A stretch of 64,000 bases of DNA from Eledone cirrhosa (lineage: Eukaryota). The notes under the pieces were generated by a model, which ran no database searches, was not told the origin of the DNA, and saw only the letters and a list, made by a program, of their open reading frames with translations. Below, in pieces: positions 26,461-41,592 of the stretch. The stretch is taken from contig OZ024740.1 of the NCBI GenBank assembly GCA_964016885.1, positions 409,572,001 to 409,636,000 on the forward strand. The letters are read 5' to 3'. Both the position numbers and the translations under genes were made by a program. Positions within the stretch are counted from its first letter, which is position 1. Every line of letters begins with the position of its first letter.

Positions 26461-29400
26461 AACATTGAGACATTTTAATCAAAGAATCAGAGCAGACTAC
26501 TCCAGTTTTGCAGCTGCTTAGGAATAGGTAAAATTGATAATATACAATATATGAAAATGAAGTCGAAAACTATTTATAATCAGAAATTAAAGAGAAATTG
26601 TTTCCTCTGGTCAAACTCATCAACGATGTCCACAACTGAGAGGTCTAAAAAGTTAAATCCGTTCTCTGAAATGTTATTATCGAGAAAATTGTTACTACAT
26701 TTGTTATATTCAATTTTGAGGAATAAAAACGCTGAAATTTTAAGGTGTAAGAATAATGAAACATTTCAGAGTAAATGGAATGGTTTCAACAAGAGAGTCA
26801 AAGTAGGGCATTGGGTAACAGAGTCGGCAAAACATCTAAGAGCTTTATGATGTTTAGTTGCGTCCCTTTATCTCGCCTGAAATCAAATTAATAGTCGAGT
26901 GAATTGACTATATCCTATTCTCTTATGAGTAACGAATAAATAGTTGGTTTAATGAAGTTCAGTTGATGCAACAATGTCCTGTTTAAGCTTTCTTGATATG
27001 TGGGTAATGGGTCTTTGCAGTTAGTTAGAAACTGTTCATTACTGAAACAGTATTTGCTTTATACAAATTACCAGAATGTGCCAAAAAGCGAGCTTCTAAC
27101 CTCAAATCACACCTTGAAAAAAATTAAACATAGATTGGAAAATTTAGTTCAAGATATACAAAAGGACGACATGGTGACAGTGAGAATGCTTTTGACCATA
27201 GACCTGTTCGATGAAGACCAGCCTGTAGCTAATCAATATCAGGTCTTGTTAGGTCTTACAATACCTACTTTTGTCCCAATGTATTCAGATATATCTTGAG
27301 ATTTACTTTTATTTTCTTCATTCATCTATCAGATTCAATAAACAAAATTCCAGCATTGTCGCAATAATATTTGTTATACATCTCACCTATAGATATTAGC
27401 TTAGTACCAAGATTAAAAGATTTCGAGAGTATCAAATAAATACACAAGAAAATACTATAATTCTTATTCCTCAAACATTTTGGATCTCACATCATGCAAT
27501 ATATCTAATGTCGTTGGTTCTGTTTCTAGCTTAATGCTCAAATGTTTGTTTCCTGAAAAAATATGCTCTAATTAATAATTGTAAGACTTTGAAACTATAG
27601 TCCATTTAAAGTGCTTCTGCTGCTTACAACAATGAAATACTTGTGGAACCCTTTTTCGATTACAAATGCGATGCACAAGATTATTACGGCTTAAGCGGTT
27701 TGGCCATCGGCTCTGCAAAGTGTTGGTAACATAATACAGATCATCGAAGCTTCGGTTGATTGTTCTATATCCTAGCAACACAGTTCACTGCTGTCTTCAT
27801 TACTATTGGTTTCTTTTTACTTGGCACAATGGGATTATATTTTAGGAAAGGGGAATAGTAAATGTGACGTGCATGTATTTTCGGGAAAGTTAGCGGCGTA
27901 AGTAAAATTACCTGGAAATTGTGTTGTAGTCTCAAACTTCCTAGAACTTACGGTCGCTGGCCACTAAATAGGAACATGTTATATTGAGCGTCGATTTTTC
28001 TACAGAATACTTACTATCCCTATGCTAGATGTTTATCTTACATAGGAGTAGTAAGTATTCTGTAGAAAAAAAATGGAAATTAAATGTGGATGGACAATCC
28101 ATAACAGAATTTGACATTTAGAAAATATTTTTGATGTAGGTGGTGAGAAATGTTTATGCATATTATGGAAGTATTCCATACAAATAATGTAGTTAACATA
28201 TCGCAGACATAAGCACATGGGGAACTACAATAAATGTAAGGTCTTACTCTTTCAACAGAATTCCCACGTATAATGACATATCATGAAAAAGAAAACAAAA
28301 ATACGTGGATAATTAGAAAAGCAACGAATGTCCTTTTAAATACGTCTTCTTGTCGGGAATTTAGTTCTGATTGAAATTAAACGGTATAATTATGACAAAT
28401 CAAAGGATTAATGGCCATTGGGATTTTGATTATTAATATTATTATTAATATATTCCTTTATTCAAATATCTATGAACTTCGGTCCGAACTTGACCCTACA
28501 CTCTAAATTCTATACAGATATGCCTTAACTCATGTTAACTCATCTGCTCCGTCTCTAATACATCTCTCTTACCCAGCTTATACACAATAACCAAGCTTTG
28601 CTTTTAAATGAAGTTTATTCACATGCACAAAAGTTACCATCTCTACCACTAATAGATCTGTAACTCGCCTTGCGATATCTAATTACGTTCCTTTATTTTC
28701 TTAATTCAAACCCAACAGAGGTCGACGTTGATTTCATCATCCAGGGTTTGATAAAATAAGTGACATTTAAGTACTGGTCTAACATGATTGACTATGTTGT
28801 TCCCCTTATGCCTATATTAGATATCATTATTATTATTACTACTATGAAGATTGTGTGTGGCAGAATCGGTAGAGAGCCGGACCACAGACATTTTCCTTAT
28901 CTTCTTTTACGTCTGATTTCAAATCCACTGGGAATTAAGTTTTCCGCTTAACTTTTTCTTCTGGTATCGATTAAATGAGTACAAGTTAAATAATGGATCG
29001 ATTAAATCAACTCTCGGCTTTCTTATAAATGTTTAGCCGAATCGCTAGAGCGTTGGATGAAATGTTATGCAACACTTATTCCGGCTTTTTAAGTTTTGAG
29101 TTCAAATCCCACCGAAGCCAACGTTGCCTTTCATCTTTCAAACTATAGTGAGAGAAAACTAGCTTTTCTAGCAGGTCGAGCAACTAGGTAGGGGCTTCCA
29201 CGTAGGTGAGAAATTTCGTCTATTTTCTATAATGGCAACCATTGTATGTTTACAGCATTTAAGAGTTAATGTGTGAGAAGAAAGTAATTACACATGGTTT
29301 AAAAGTTAAATGTTCATTTATCTAGATACCCCATAAGTCTTGCAGTGGGATTATTTGCTTTCTTTCCCTGTTTTCTGTTATTTCATTATTTCTTGTTCAA

Positions 29401-29972
29401 AGAGGATGTAATTGACAAATAAAGCGCGTTGTTAGCACTTGAATTATCGTCATTTAGGCCTAAAGAATAAACGTGCAAACTTGTACATTTATTTATTGAT
29501 TCTATCATCACTGCTTTGACAAGGAAGTTAGACGTTGTGTCGGCTATTCTTTCATTGATATTTCAATAAATACACTGGAGGCTACGATTCGTTAATGATG
29601 TTAAACTAAGATCGCAATATATCTGGGAAAATGCATCCCGTAGGATGTACACTTGGTGTGTTTATCATAATGATCCATATCTTATCATGTCAATATTTTT
29701 CCAGTGACAAAAGACGAGAAGTGAAATCAATGTATGAGTGCTTTAAAAGTGGTTAATATGACAACCACAACCTGTCTGTTTTAGCTTGAACACAATACTT
29801 CGGTTCAAATTGCTTGGCGTGATGGTACAAAGTTCATGGAGAGATGGAGAGCAATGTCCATGAACTTCGAGGCGTTGCACAAAGAAACTCAGTTTAAACA
29901 AATAGCATATATTGTTTTTCGTTAACAAACTAGAACTCACACACACTCACATATAGGTATATACATTTATAC

Positions 29973-30133
<161 letters not shown>

Positions 30134-30840
30134 TGTGTGTGTGTGTGTGTGCGTGTGTGCGTGTGTGTGCGTGTGTTTACCGGTGTAAGCATATGCCTTG
30201 AGTTGTGTCTCTTTATGTAAAAAAGAATAACTTAATCAATCAGTAAAATTAATACTAAACTGAAATATGTCCTGAATAAAATCTTTGAAGGCGGTGCCCC
30301 AGCATAGTCAAAGTACAATGACAAAAACCAGTACCAAAATTATAGGATATATATATATATGTGATGCATGAAAAAGAAAACTTAATAAGTTAAGTAGAGT
30401 ATGTATTTCATATTAGCTAAGAATTGTGCAGGAATTACTCAGAAACGGAGTATCACGTCAAAGCTCTTTTCAAACTCGTTAAACTCTTGCTTTGCATATT
30501 TTTCTCAGCACAATATATATATATATAAATGATGGGGTGGGGGTGGGGGTGCCGGTGTGTATCTTAATGTGTGCGTATATTTGTAAAAATTTACATATAA
30601 TAATGAACAAATAGGATAGAATATAAAAATAAGTATCAAATAATTCAACCAGGTTAACTAAAAAAATTTAAATCTTTACATCCGTCCATTGTATTATTTT
30701 CACTTTAATCTGCAAAATTTATCTCACTTACTCGGAAACTATGTTTAACATTATATTTCTATGTTCTATCGTGAAGTCACACGTAAAATATGTTTTGATT
30801 CTCACCCATTTGGTGCCCATGAATATTTGAACTGGACAGC

Positions 30841-30875
<35 letters not shown>

Positions 30876-31026
30876 TTATGTGGGGGGGGGGGGTTATCTG
30901 AGTTTTTCGAATATCAATAATAATATTAGGTTCGTTTGTAATTATGCAAGCAACCTCTTTTAAGCCATGTCAATAGAATGAGCCCCTCATTCTTGCTCTT
31001 GTGTTGGAATGTAAACAGAACTGGTA

Positions 31027-31066
<40 letters not shown>

Positions 31067-31198
31067 ACTACTTATCGTCTGTATTTTAAGTATTTGATCT
31101 ACAAATATGAAATCGTTGGGTGAAAATTATCGGAAAAAATACTATTGATGATGAAAAGAAAGCAAAATTGAAATGCTTAAATCCTGTATAAACCTTAC

Positions 31199-31348
31199 CT
31201 TGAAAGTGTAGCGAGATACTTTGATACCTCTTTCATTTAGGCCATCGCAAATATCATCAAGGGTTAAAACGTTACAGTTGTTTTTATCCATACTTTCAAA
31301 ATGTTTCTCCCAATATCTTACATTGTTTCTATCTGTATTAGCTGACAT
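31199..31348 (-). CDS. EF-hand protein first coding exon B (divergent EF1)
   Basis: MSANTDRNNVRYWEKHFESMDKNNCNVLTLDDICDGLNERGIKVSRYTFK|gtaagg, phase 0. Aligns with exon A. Confidence 0.75.
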
Positions 31349-31443
31349 TTTTGTTTGTATTATGTTTGAACCTAACTCTTGTTAATATTGTTTTACGACA
31401 AGTTTCAGCTATTAACTAACAGATCTAAATTCGTGGGTACTGC

Positions 31444-31451
31444 CTTTTATA
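31444..31451 (-). promoter_or_regulatory. Candidate TATA box for first exon B
   Basis: TATAAAAG on the minus strand, ~100 nt upstream of the ATG at 31348. Confidence 0.45.
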
Positions 31452-31501
31452 AGATAATAAAGCACACTCACACACACACACATATATACATACACACACG
31501 T

Positions 31502-31581
<80 letters not shown>

Positions 31582-32879
31582 ATATATATATCTACCTGTT
31601 GGTTTGCTTACTCACCTATGATAATTAGCATTTCCAATATCATTAATGCTATTTTCAGGCATCAGAATGTACATTTATTTTAAAACTTTCAATCAATTCA
31701 ATCTATGTCTCATGGACATTTGGAAACACGAAATTGGTATGTCATTAAAATTATCTTTCCTACTCAATTATATTGCAATTTTATCCGTTTACGACTTTTT
31801 TTTTCGTCTCGTCTATTTACATTAGCTCTGATAACTAGCTTGGCTTTCAACTATCTGTAATTGTCTAAACACAAATAAATGGGCAACCATCTATAACGAG
31901 TAGTTATGTTAATTTACTCGTGTAATTGGGTGGTAAATTGGCCACTAAACGAAAATAGACAATCCAGGTTAAGTAGACTAGTTGGTCGACCGTCATTTTC
32001 CAGAGAAACATCTTGATAAACTAAACAAACTATTTAAGTTAAATGTTTCTAGATGAGGTTAAATCTCCTCTCTTACAGAATGTAATTCTAAAATGTTTAA
32101 TGATTCAATTGAACAATACCAAAGTGTGAATATATTTCAATGGAAACGACTCATGATATTACAAATCTGTCTACAACTAAACAACAGCCAAAACCGTCTT
32201 ATTCCCTACCAATGTTAGACATTAAAATCGATGATTACCGTTCAGGTTAACCATACTTATTTCATATAAGACAATTCTGTATCATAGATATTAGGTTTCT
32301 TGATTAAAAACTGAAAGTGATTTAACTCTAAACCGATTCAACTATCGTTTACTCCAGAAGGCCCTTCACACAACTGGGATGTTCTACGCATCATCTATAT
32401 ATACAACCAGGACAATACCCAAAGAAAATGCTATGTATTCCATAGGTGAGCTTTCTTTCAACAACATACATGAAGGCGCGTTGAATTCTGCTTTTCTTCC
32501 TGCTACTACGAGGGTATCTAATCCTCTGAATAAGGTGAATGTATAGTACTCCAACCTATTACTGTTCGTTCTCTTCAATACATTTATCTCACCTTTTCAT
32601 GTCACACACCTAGAATGTTTAAAGCCATTCTAGACTCCATACTAAATATTAAGTCCAAATATTACTCGTTATCAACTTCCTATGTTTTGCAATTTTAAGG
32701 AAACAGACAGTTGATAGCAACTATTTATTGTCGTTGTGGTTTAGCTGAAAAGACTGATTATCAAATATGTTTCAACCATAACCATTGTGCCTGTTCTTAT
32801 ACTTAGTCTATATAGGAACAATATTCTCTAAAGCGTTCGTTTTGAACAGATCAAATGACCGTATACAGGCACCCCGTGA

Positions 32880-33020
32880 AGGCGCGTGGCTTAGTGGTTA
32901 GAGCATTGGGCTTGCAATCGAAAGGCTGTGAGTTCAATCTCGAACCGGGTGATGTGTTGTTTCCTTGAGCAAGACACTTTATTTCACGTTACTCCAGTTT
33001 ACTCAGCTGTAGAAATGAGG
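32880..33020 (+). mobile_element. tRNA-derived SINE head and core
   Basis: GGCGCGTGGCTTAGTGGTTAGAGC...GAGTTCAATC...CCTTGAGCAAGACACTTTATTTCACG. Confidence 0.8.
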
Positions 33021-34028
33021 TGATAGGACTTGGGTCCCTATCATAAAATTACCCAAGACACCTCCAACGAGATATACCTTGGAGGAGGCCAGCTAAACCT
33101 GCATAGGTGTGAGCTGTCACACACACACACACATACAGGCACCCCCTTTCGTTCGTAAATATCATAGATATTGCTCAATTTTCTTGGGTTAATCAATAAA
33201 AGAAAATAGATTAAATTTGAATACTTCATATCATAATTGTGAGGCACGAATAACCTGAATGTTTCATTTTCATACACATTTATTGTAGATTTACTTTCTT
33301 CTCTGTATATATGTTATGTTTTTTTCTGTAAAAGCATTGACTAGTTAGAATTTTCACTTGTTTATGGTCTGTATTTTGGTAATTTAGTAATGTTACCTTT
33401 GACATATATGCGCCTTATCCAGGGGAAGATTTACTTCTAGTGAAGTTAGAACTAAGCATTAACAGTGAATAATCATGTGTTTTATTTTACCTTAGAACAT
33501 ATATTTACATTATCAGTCTTAGATATATTAATTACATATCGACGCGAATCGATTTGAACTGAGAAAATAGAGAAATGAAACTTGATTAAGTAAGATATTT
33601 TTCCCAACACTACCACATTTGCTGATTCAACAATTTTTAAATCCGAATTTTAGTTTCCTATTAACTAGATACCAAGATAATGGAAATAGGATAAAAAATG
33701 AGAGACTGTGGGGGTTAATGCTTTGCGAATCCATATTAGGCTCTTTCTTGATCTATCAAGATCGTACCTCTTACTTTACAAAGTCTAACATACTGCGGCA
33801 TAATACTTTAGTGTGTATTGATGAAATCCAGTCAATAATATGTGAATTATGGTGCAGTGAAAAAAAAAGCAGCAGATAACTACATTTCATTTTGGCAAAA
33901 TATCAGATTCTGGAAGAAACAACTATATACATCATCATGGATAATTTTATTGAAGTTTGTTGGTCTGTAAATTTGTCAGTACATTTGTCTATCAATGTCT
34001 CTCTTCCTCTCCCTCCCTCGCTCTCTTC

Positions 34029-34063
<35 letters not shown>

Positions 34064-35428
34064 ATACATACATACACATATATATATACATACACATATA
34101 TATATATGTGTATGTATATATATATGAAGTGTTCGCATTAATTAATTAATTAAGTAATTAATTCTACACCAGTAGTTATATCCAGCTTTAAACTAAAATC
34201 ATTTTTGAACTGTATCTCTTGAAGAAAACATTTTTCAATTATGATTTTGTTTTAAAAAGGGAAATTGACGACAGAAATGGTTGTCAACTGTCGTACAAAA
34301 AGTGTCCTATAAAATTGAGTTATGCCTCTTTACTGTTTTAGTTACTTTCGCTACATTTAATGTTTCTAAATAATTATGGTATTGGCCAAAAGACATTTTT
34401 TTACAAATAGAACGGTTTTTGATTGGTTCTCCGAGAGAAAAACATTGTTAGGCGTTTAATTTGGTTATTTGACATTTCTGCTAATTCACAGTTCCCCTCT
34501 TAAACTTAAAAATATTGAGGACTTTGCTGCAATGCCAGAAACTTGCAGTTACTTGTAGTTAGTTTGCTCATTCGAAATATGAATGTGAAGGTACGAAACA
34601 CGGAATTACACTTTCATTACCAGATTTTTCATGAAATTATTGAATGTGTTTCAGTTAACTTTGAAAATAATCGAGAATTATAGGATTTTAGTAAAACAGC
34701 TTTTTCATTAAGTTCACGGTTAAAATATAATTAAAAATTTATTTTATAGAATTATGTTTTTTTTTTTTTCTTATTGGTCAAAGTCTGATTTAATAAACGA
34801 ATACAGAGTTTGCATTGCATAGTAGATTTCATCGCCAACAGATGAAAAAAAAAAAAAAAAAAGAAAAGATTAAAATGCCCATGGGAGAGAAAGCAAGTCC
34901 ATATATTATCAGGAAATACTTTTAAAATGTTAATATTATACATCACGGATATTCTTATATTTCTAGACATACACTAAAGAAAACTTTAAATTTTCCATAA
35001 GTTAATGCCATTAGATTAGTTTATTAACAATCCTTTAAAATATGCTAGGTCAAATTTTATATGCCAGTTTGGTATGTCAAATATAATATAGCAATTTGAT
35101 GATTTAGAGTGGCACAAAAGCATTTTCGTATCGTGTGAATATCTATGTGACATTTTGGCACATTTATAGGTTTATTATAATGTAGCATTTTCTAAACTAA
35201 GCCCGAAGACAATTTTTGTAAGGGAAATACTATTGTGGACGTAATTATGCTTCAGTATATTATTGATTTTATCACAAATCTTCTAAGAAAACAATTTTGA
35301 AAAGAAGAGCTATAGTCCATTAAACTGCACCAAGAAAAATAATAGATGACTTTAAACTATGTAATTATAATCCTAGTGGATATCATATTAAATTATCAAC
35401 AAACATCATTACAACCAGCCTACATGCA

Positions 35429-35522
<94 letters not shown>

Positions 35523-35523
35523 C

Positions 35524-35628
<105 letters not shown>

Positions 35629-36211
35629 TACGCCCTTAGCTGCATTTTTGTATCTTGTGCTCTGCTACAATCATAGTGCTGAATCAATATATTTTACATC
35701 CTGTAAATTTCTTATATGACTTCCACCTATTACTTCCACCTATTACTTCCACTCCTCTGCTGCTTCTATCCTCTTTCAGGCTTTGTCTTCGCTTACTCTT
35801 TCACTTAAAGCTGCATATTTAGTATTACTTACTAATGGGCGGTGGAGCGTCGGACAAAATACTTTGCAGTATGTAGTTACGTCTCTTTGTGTCCTGAGCT
35901 GAAATCACGCCGATGTTAGCTTCACCTTTCATCTTTATGGGATCGATAAAATAAAGTAGCAGTAATGCACTGGGGTCGATGTAATCGACTTTTCCCTTCC
36001 CCCAAAATTGTTACACAAAGGAATAATCTTAAGGACAGGATCAGAGTCCTTCTCCGTAACAGTTTCTATTACTTCATTTCTAGATGGTCTAATATCCTCT
36101 CTTATTGTATATGGCATTCCTTTCTTTATGTTGAAGGATATATTGTATGACACGTGCGGTTGGGCGGGCCCGTACAGACGGTCTGCCATGACCTTCAATC
36201 GTGTATGTGCG

Positions 36212-36247
<36 letters not shown>

Positions 36248-37715
36248 GCTTCAATCGGTGGTTCCTGCCTTGGCGGGAATCGGCCTCCAGGTCAACAACT
36301 CGGCAAAGTCGGAGGTGGTGAATGTCAGCCTCGATGCTGCGAGCTTTGCAGCCTCCGTCTTGGACGTGCGGTCCATTCACCGCCAGGTTCAGGTGACCCC
36401 CAACGAGGATGTCCTCATCCTCGGGTCACCAATCCACCCGCCGGCCATCCGCTCCACCATCAAGTCCAGGTCAACAGCTCTAGACTCTCACGAGTCGACT
36501 GGGCTTGATTGACGGCCACCCAGCTCTCTTTCTGCTGAGGAACTGCTTCGCCACGCCGAAGCTCCTCTATACACTCCGCAGCGCTCCGTGCTACACCCAG
36601 ACATCTCTCCTCGCTGACCTCGATACTTGTATCCGAACAGCAGCCGAGGAGATATGCAACGTCAAGTTTGACGACATAGGGTGGCAACAGGCCACCTTAC
36701 CTGCCATGTATGGCGGCTTTGGCCTCCGGTCCCCGATCTCACTAGCTTTGCCGGTGTATCTTTCGTCGGTAACTTCGTGCCGCGTCCTCGTCAGCAGGGT
36801 TTCTTCAAAACACAACAGAACCCTCTGTGTTCAGAGAATGTGAGGCCGCCTGTGAGACGTGGGACTGGCTAGGACTTAGCCCAGTAGACGTCCCTCCCCC
36901 TTCTCCCCCTGTTGACGTCAAGTCCCCCCAACGCACTTGGGATGCCATCCAGTGCAGCTTGGCCTCAGACAGGCTCACGCGCCAGCTCGACCAGCACCGC
37001 CTTACTTGTTTTAGTGCGGCCTCCAAACCCCATAGTGGTGCCTGGCTCCATGCCCTTCCCCCTTCTCCACTGGCACGCAGCTAGACAACCATAGCCTGCG
37101 AATCGGCGTTTCCCTGAGGCTCGGCCTCCGGATCTGCCAGCCACACCAATGTCGCTGCGGTTCCACCATGGACACTTTCGGCCTCCACCCGCTTTCCTGT
37201 CGCCAAAGTGCCGGCCGCATTCCACACCAAGCTGCCCTCAACGAGGTCATTAAGCATGGCTTGGACGCTGCAGGGTTCCCTTCCCAGCTCGAGCCGGTGG
37301 GGCTGGATCGAGGGGACGGCAAAAGGCCAGATGGCATGACCATCTTCCCGTTTGCGGTGGCAAACCCCTCCTCTGGGATGCCACTTGCACCAACACTTTC
37401 TGCAGCTGCAACCTGGTGCAGTCTGCGACTGACCCAGGTTCTGCTGCACGTCGGGCTGAGGTGGCCAAACTCCTCAAACACCGGTTGCTCTCCGACAGGT
37501 TTGCAGTCGTACCCCTGGCAGTGGAGACTTCTGGTGTCCTCGGCCCCAGGGCTACCTCCTTAATCACCACCATAGGCGCTGAGCTGGCCAGCCACAGGTG
37601 AGAGCCCCGTGAGTTGGAGTGGCTTTTCCAGCGCGTCTCCCTTGCCGTCCTCCGGTGAAACGCATTCTCCATTCTGTCCGCCGGGGCTGTGGGTGGGCCC
37701 CATCGCGTACCGTTG
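36248..37715 (+). mobile_element. CRE-like (RLE-type) non-LTR retrotransposon, 5'-truncated and frameshifted
   Basis: [48 protein letters not shown]. Confidence 0.85.
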
Positions 37716-38139
37716 TAGTTGTTGTAAACAGATATTAACTCATCAATCACATCTATTGATGATGATTTCAAAAGAAATGGCGCTTCTTCCGGTTAACTAG
37801 TTAGTTATCGTTAATGATAATATAATTGTTATTAAAACTGGCAGTAGTTAGTACGATGTTGCTCTGAGCAAGGAAATTATCAACTAAATAATTCTCCTCT
37901 CTCTTTTATATATATAGAGATATATCTATATATATATCTATTTATATATATTGACTGATGTCTAATTTCACTGCTGCTGCTGTTGCTCTTTCATTTTATA
38001 ACCAGTAAAAATATGTCTGATAATGAATCATAGGCAACTTTCGTTTTAACAGCTAACCCTTGTAAACAATGACACCCTCCCCGAAATAGCTGGGTGCGAT
38101 TTTTATTCTTTAAAACTTGGGCATATAACTAGAAATTAT

Positions 38140-38530
38140 TGGTGGATTGGCAGTATCGGTAGAGGGTCGGACGCCATGCTTTGACGCATAGAATTACGGC
38201 CCTTACCATTCTGAGTTCAAATCCCACCGAGGTTAACTTTGCCTTTCATCCTTACGGGGTCGATAAAATAAAGTACCAGTAATACACTGGGTAATTACTG
38301 GCCTTGTGCCAAAAGTAGAAACAATTATTATCCTTTGTTGTCGGTGGATTGGCAGTATCGGTAGAGGGTTGGACACCATGCTTTGCAGCAAAGAGTTACA
38401 GCCCTTTATGGTCTGAGTTCATATCCCGCCGAGGTTAACTTTGCCTTTCATCCTTACGGGGTCGATAAAATAAAGTACCAGTAATACACTGGGATAATTG
38501 CTGGTCTTGTGCCAAAGTAGAAACAATTAT
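38140..38530 (+). mobile_element. Two head-to-tail tRNA-SINE copies
   Basis: Same family as 24038-24425. Each copy is followed by ATTATTATCCTTTGTTGTC. Confidence 0.85.
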
Positions 38531-38769
38531 TATCCTTTGTTGTCAATCATCTTACATATTTATTTATTTATTTATATATTTATTTATTTATTGCACAGCA
38601 GCAATCTAATAAAAATACATTCATTTCTTATTTATTTCCACTTCACATTCCTTTTCATTTCCACCTCACATTCTTTCATCATCAACTTATTTCCACCACA
38701 CATCCATCCATCACTTAAGTTCCTTTCAATTTTCACCACACTCACTTCCTTCGCCTGTATCACCCACAC

Positions 38770-38849
<80 letters not shown>

Positions 38850-38959
38850 AGCTCGTCTAACACTGATGTATCTATCTATCATCTTTACCCTCTCCTTCCG
38901 TCTATCTGGCCAACTCTTATGTTTATAATTATATTTCCATAGTTCGTTTTTGTATGTTT

Positions 38960-39113
38960 TGCAAGATTCTTGCTGTGAAATCATGTGTTGGGATGTTATA
39001 CATCGGGGACGATTATACTGTCAATCAAAAATATACGTTCAAGTTGTTAACCATTCAAAGTGGGGTCGAACTCCGCCAAGGGTGCGTACTGTCACCTCTC
39101 CTGTTTATTATTT

Positions 39114-39153
<40 letters not shown>

Positions 39154-40091
39154 TGTTGAAGTTGTTTAATGGTGAACTAATCTTCTTCTTCTTCTTCTTC
39201 TTCTTCTTCTTCTTCTTCTTCTTCTTCTTCTTCTTCTTCTTCTTCTTCCTGAGAGGGTCGTGGGAAGAAAAGTCCGCAAACACTCCTTCCAACTAGTCCC
39301 TTGTCAGAAGCACCCATCTCCAACTGATCCGACTGGATCCCCGGGCGAGACCAGCCAAGCTCATGGATGTTATCCAGCCTGCTTGGGGTCTGTTCCTGGG
39401 TCTCCTGCCGGTTAGTTTTGTCCGTAAAATCTGTCCGGAAACTCTTCCTGAGACATTCTAACTACATGCCCATAGTATCGGAGATGTGATCTCTCAATTC
39501 AGAGAAGCAGCGGCTCTATCTGGAGTGACCCTCTGATCTCCAAGCAACGCACTCTATCGAGTAACGTTACTTCGAAGACCCTTCGGAGCAACCCCAATTG
39601 GGCCGCTTGTAGTCGCGATCCTATTCTTTCGGTCATTACTCAAATTTCATGACCATAGGTAAGGGTTGACACAAATACCGAATTGAAGATAGCGAGTTTG
39701 GCTTTTACACTTACCTCCCACTCTGATTACCAAGCTGGCTCACTACTGCACCATCATCTGCAATTCTTGCACTTAATTCAACCTCCTGCCTTCCATCACT
39801 CGTGAACTCGACCCCAAGATACTTGAATTCCTCCACCCGCTTCAGTGGAACTTCATTCACATGTAGAGTGCACTACGCAGGTTTCTTTGAGATGTGTGTC
39901 TCAGTTTTTGCAACACTGACTTTCATTCCAGCCATGCAGCACTCAGCATCAAATCTATTAAGTGCAAGTCGGAGATCACCTCTGTAGAATTATGTAACAC
40001 CATGTTGTCTGCAAATTCCAGCCGACTGATTTTACACCTGCCAGTCGTGATACCACTTCCAAACCGACTGCGCATGTCAATCCTGTTTATT
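38960..40091. mobile_element. RTE-clade LINE in two oppositely oriented parts
   Basis: Plus 38960-39113 reads LRQGCVLSPLLFIIY. Minus 40091-39250 reads RIDMRS...LEFAD...FKYLGVEF...RYYGHVVRM...GRRP, with a (GAA)n tail at 39180-39249. Confidence 0.85.
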
Positions 40092-41387
40092 CGTTAACTT
40101 TACCTTTCATCCTTATGAGGTCGATAAAATAAAGTACCAATAATACACTGGGATAATTGCTGGCCTTGTGCCAAAATTAGAAACAATTATTAAGAAAGTC
40201 CTGAGGAAACAAAACTGTAGCTATGCCTCGTTACCTTACTTTTAATCCTTTATGTTGGTAAACCATTCAACAATTTTGTTCGTTACCGTATATATTTGTT
40301 AACAAAGGACCCATTGTATTAGGTTTGCTCGAAACTAGCAGGATTTGTTGTTTTTAACCTTGGTATTTATTTTAAAATAGATGTTTATTTAACTACTTTC
40401 ATTCATGTAAAGACTGATTTATCCTAATGGGTTTGCTTTCACTGCCTTTTCTTGTTTATTTCAGGCTGTCAAATCAAAGGTGAAATTAAAACAAATTCCA
40501 ATGTTTTTATTTTATAAGTTCCAGGTGGAAAGTGAAACAATGGAAACTGGAATTTCTTTTTTACAGATAAAGTTTAGAATTGTACAAATATACATCAGTC
40601 AAACATTTTTAAAACTAACAAACATATAAAAAGATTTTTATACATTTGGATTTTATACAATTTAGAAAATTAGAAAAGAACATTTTTGGTGGGAAGAGTA
40701 TCCGATGATCTCCACAAAATAAGCCCTCCTGAAATGTTTACAATTTTTTCTAATTTTCTAATTTGTAAAATTTCCTTTTACACGCTAGTTGATTTTTGAA
40801 ATTTTCACTGGTATAAGTACAGCTCTAAACGTAGTCTGTATATTAAAAAAAAGAACTGATTTCTATGTTGATATTTCCTCGCTCACCGAATTCAGTTTCA
40901 ATTTCAGGGGCCCCTTGAAACGAAAGAGCGCCGGATAAACACCAAATACCCGAAACACAACTTCTCTTTTCAAAATCGTGACTGAAGTTCACCTTTCTCA
41001 TTAATGAGTTTGAACAATTATCTAAGGATACTAGAGACAGAATAACAGATTATACTCCTGTGTTATTTGCATAAAAAAATCAAATGATTTTTTTTTCTAA
41101 CAAAAGGTTTTCAACTCTGATCTGGAAATTCTCGAACTCAATTGGGAAAATCATTCAATTCTACAGTTAAAAAATAGACTACGTACACTAATAACTCTGT
41201 TATTGAATAGAAAATAAACGTTTACTTTTGTGATCTCTATATAAATGTACCTGGATATCCCTATGTAGTAAGTGATAAACCAAACAGTTGTTATATTTAA
41301 TAAGTTTTTATTTATACTACGGATATATGTAGTTACATGTGTTGATAGATAGCGGACGTATGTTGGATGTTTATGCTAAACAGATGA

Positions 41388-41592
41388 CAAATGTATTAAT
41401 ACATATATACAACACAGGGCAAGAGAAAGCATTTCAAGTGTAATGGCATCCCAAATGTATTAATACATATATACAACACAGGGCAAGAGAAAGCATTTCA
41501 AGTGTAATGGCATCCCAAATGCATTAATACATATATAAAACACAGGGCAAGAGAAAGCATTTCAAGTGTAATGGCATCACAAATGTATTAAT
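41388..41592. repeat. 64-bp minisatellite, ~3.2 copies
   Basis: CAAATGTATTAATACATATATACAACACAGGGCAAGAG... starts at 41388, 41452, 41516 and 41580. Confidence 0.95.

Noticed and set aside
30438-30510. Minus-strand KQEFNEFEKSFDVILRF* as a downstream exon for first exon B
   Set aside because: No convincing splice acceptor or EF loop.
32880-32950. tRNA gene
   Set aside because: Poor cloverleaf, and it continues directly into a SINE core shared with other copies.
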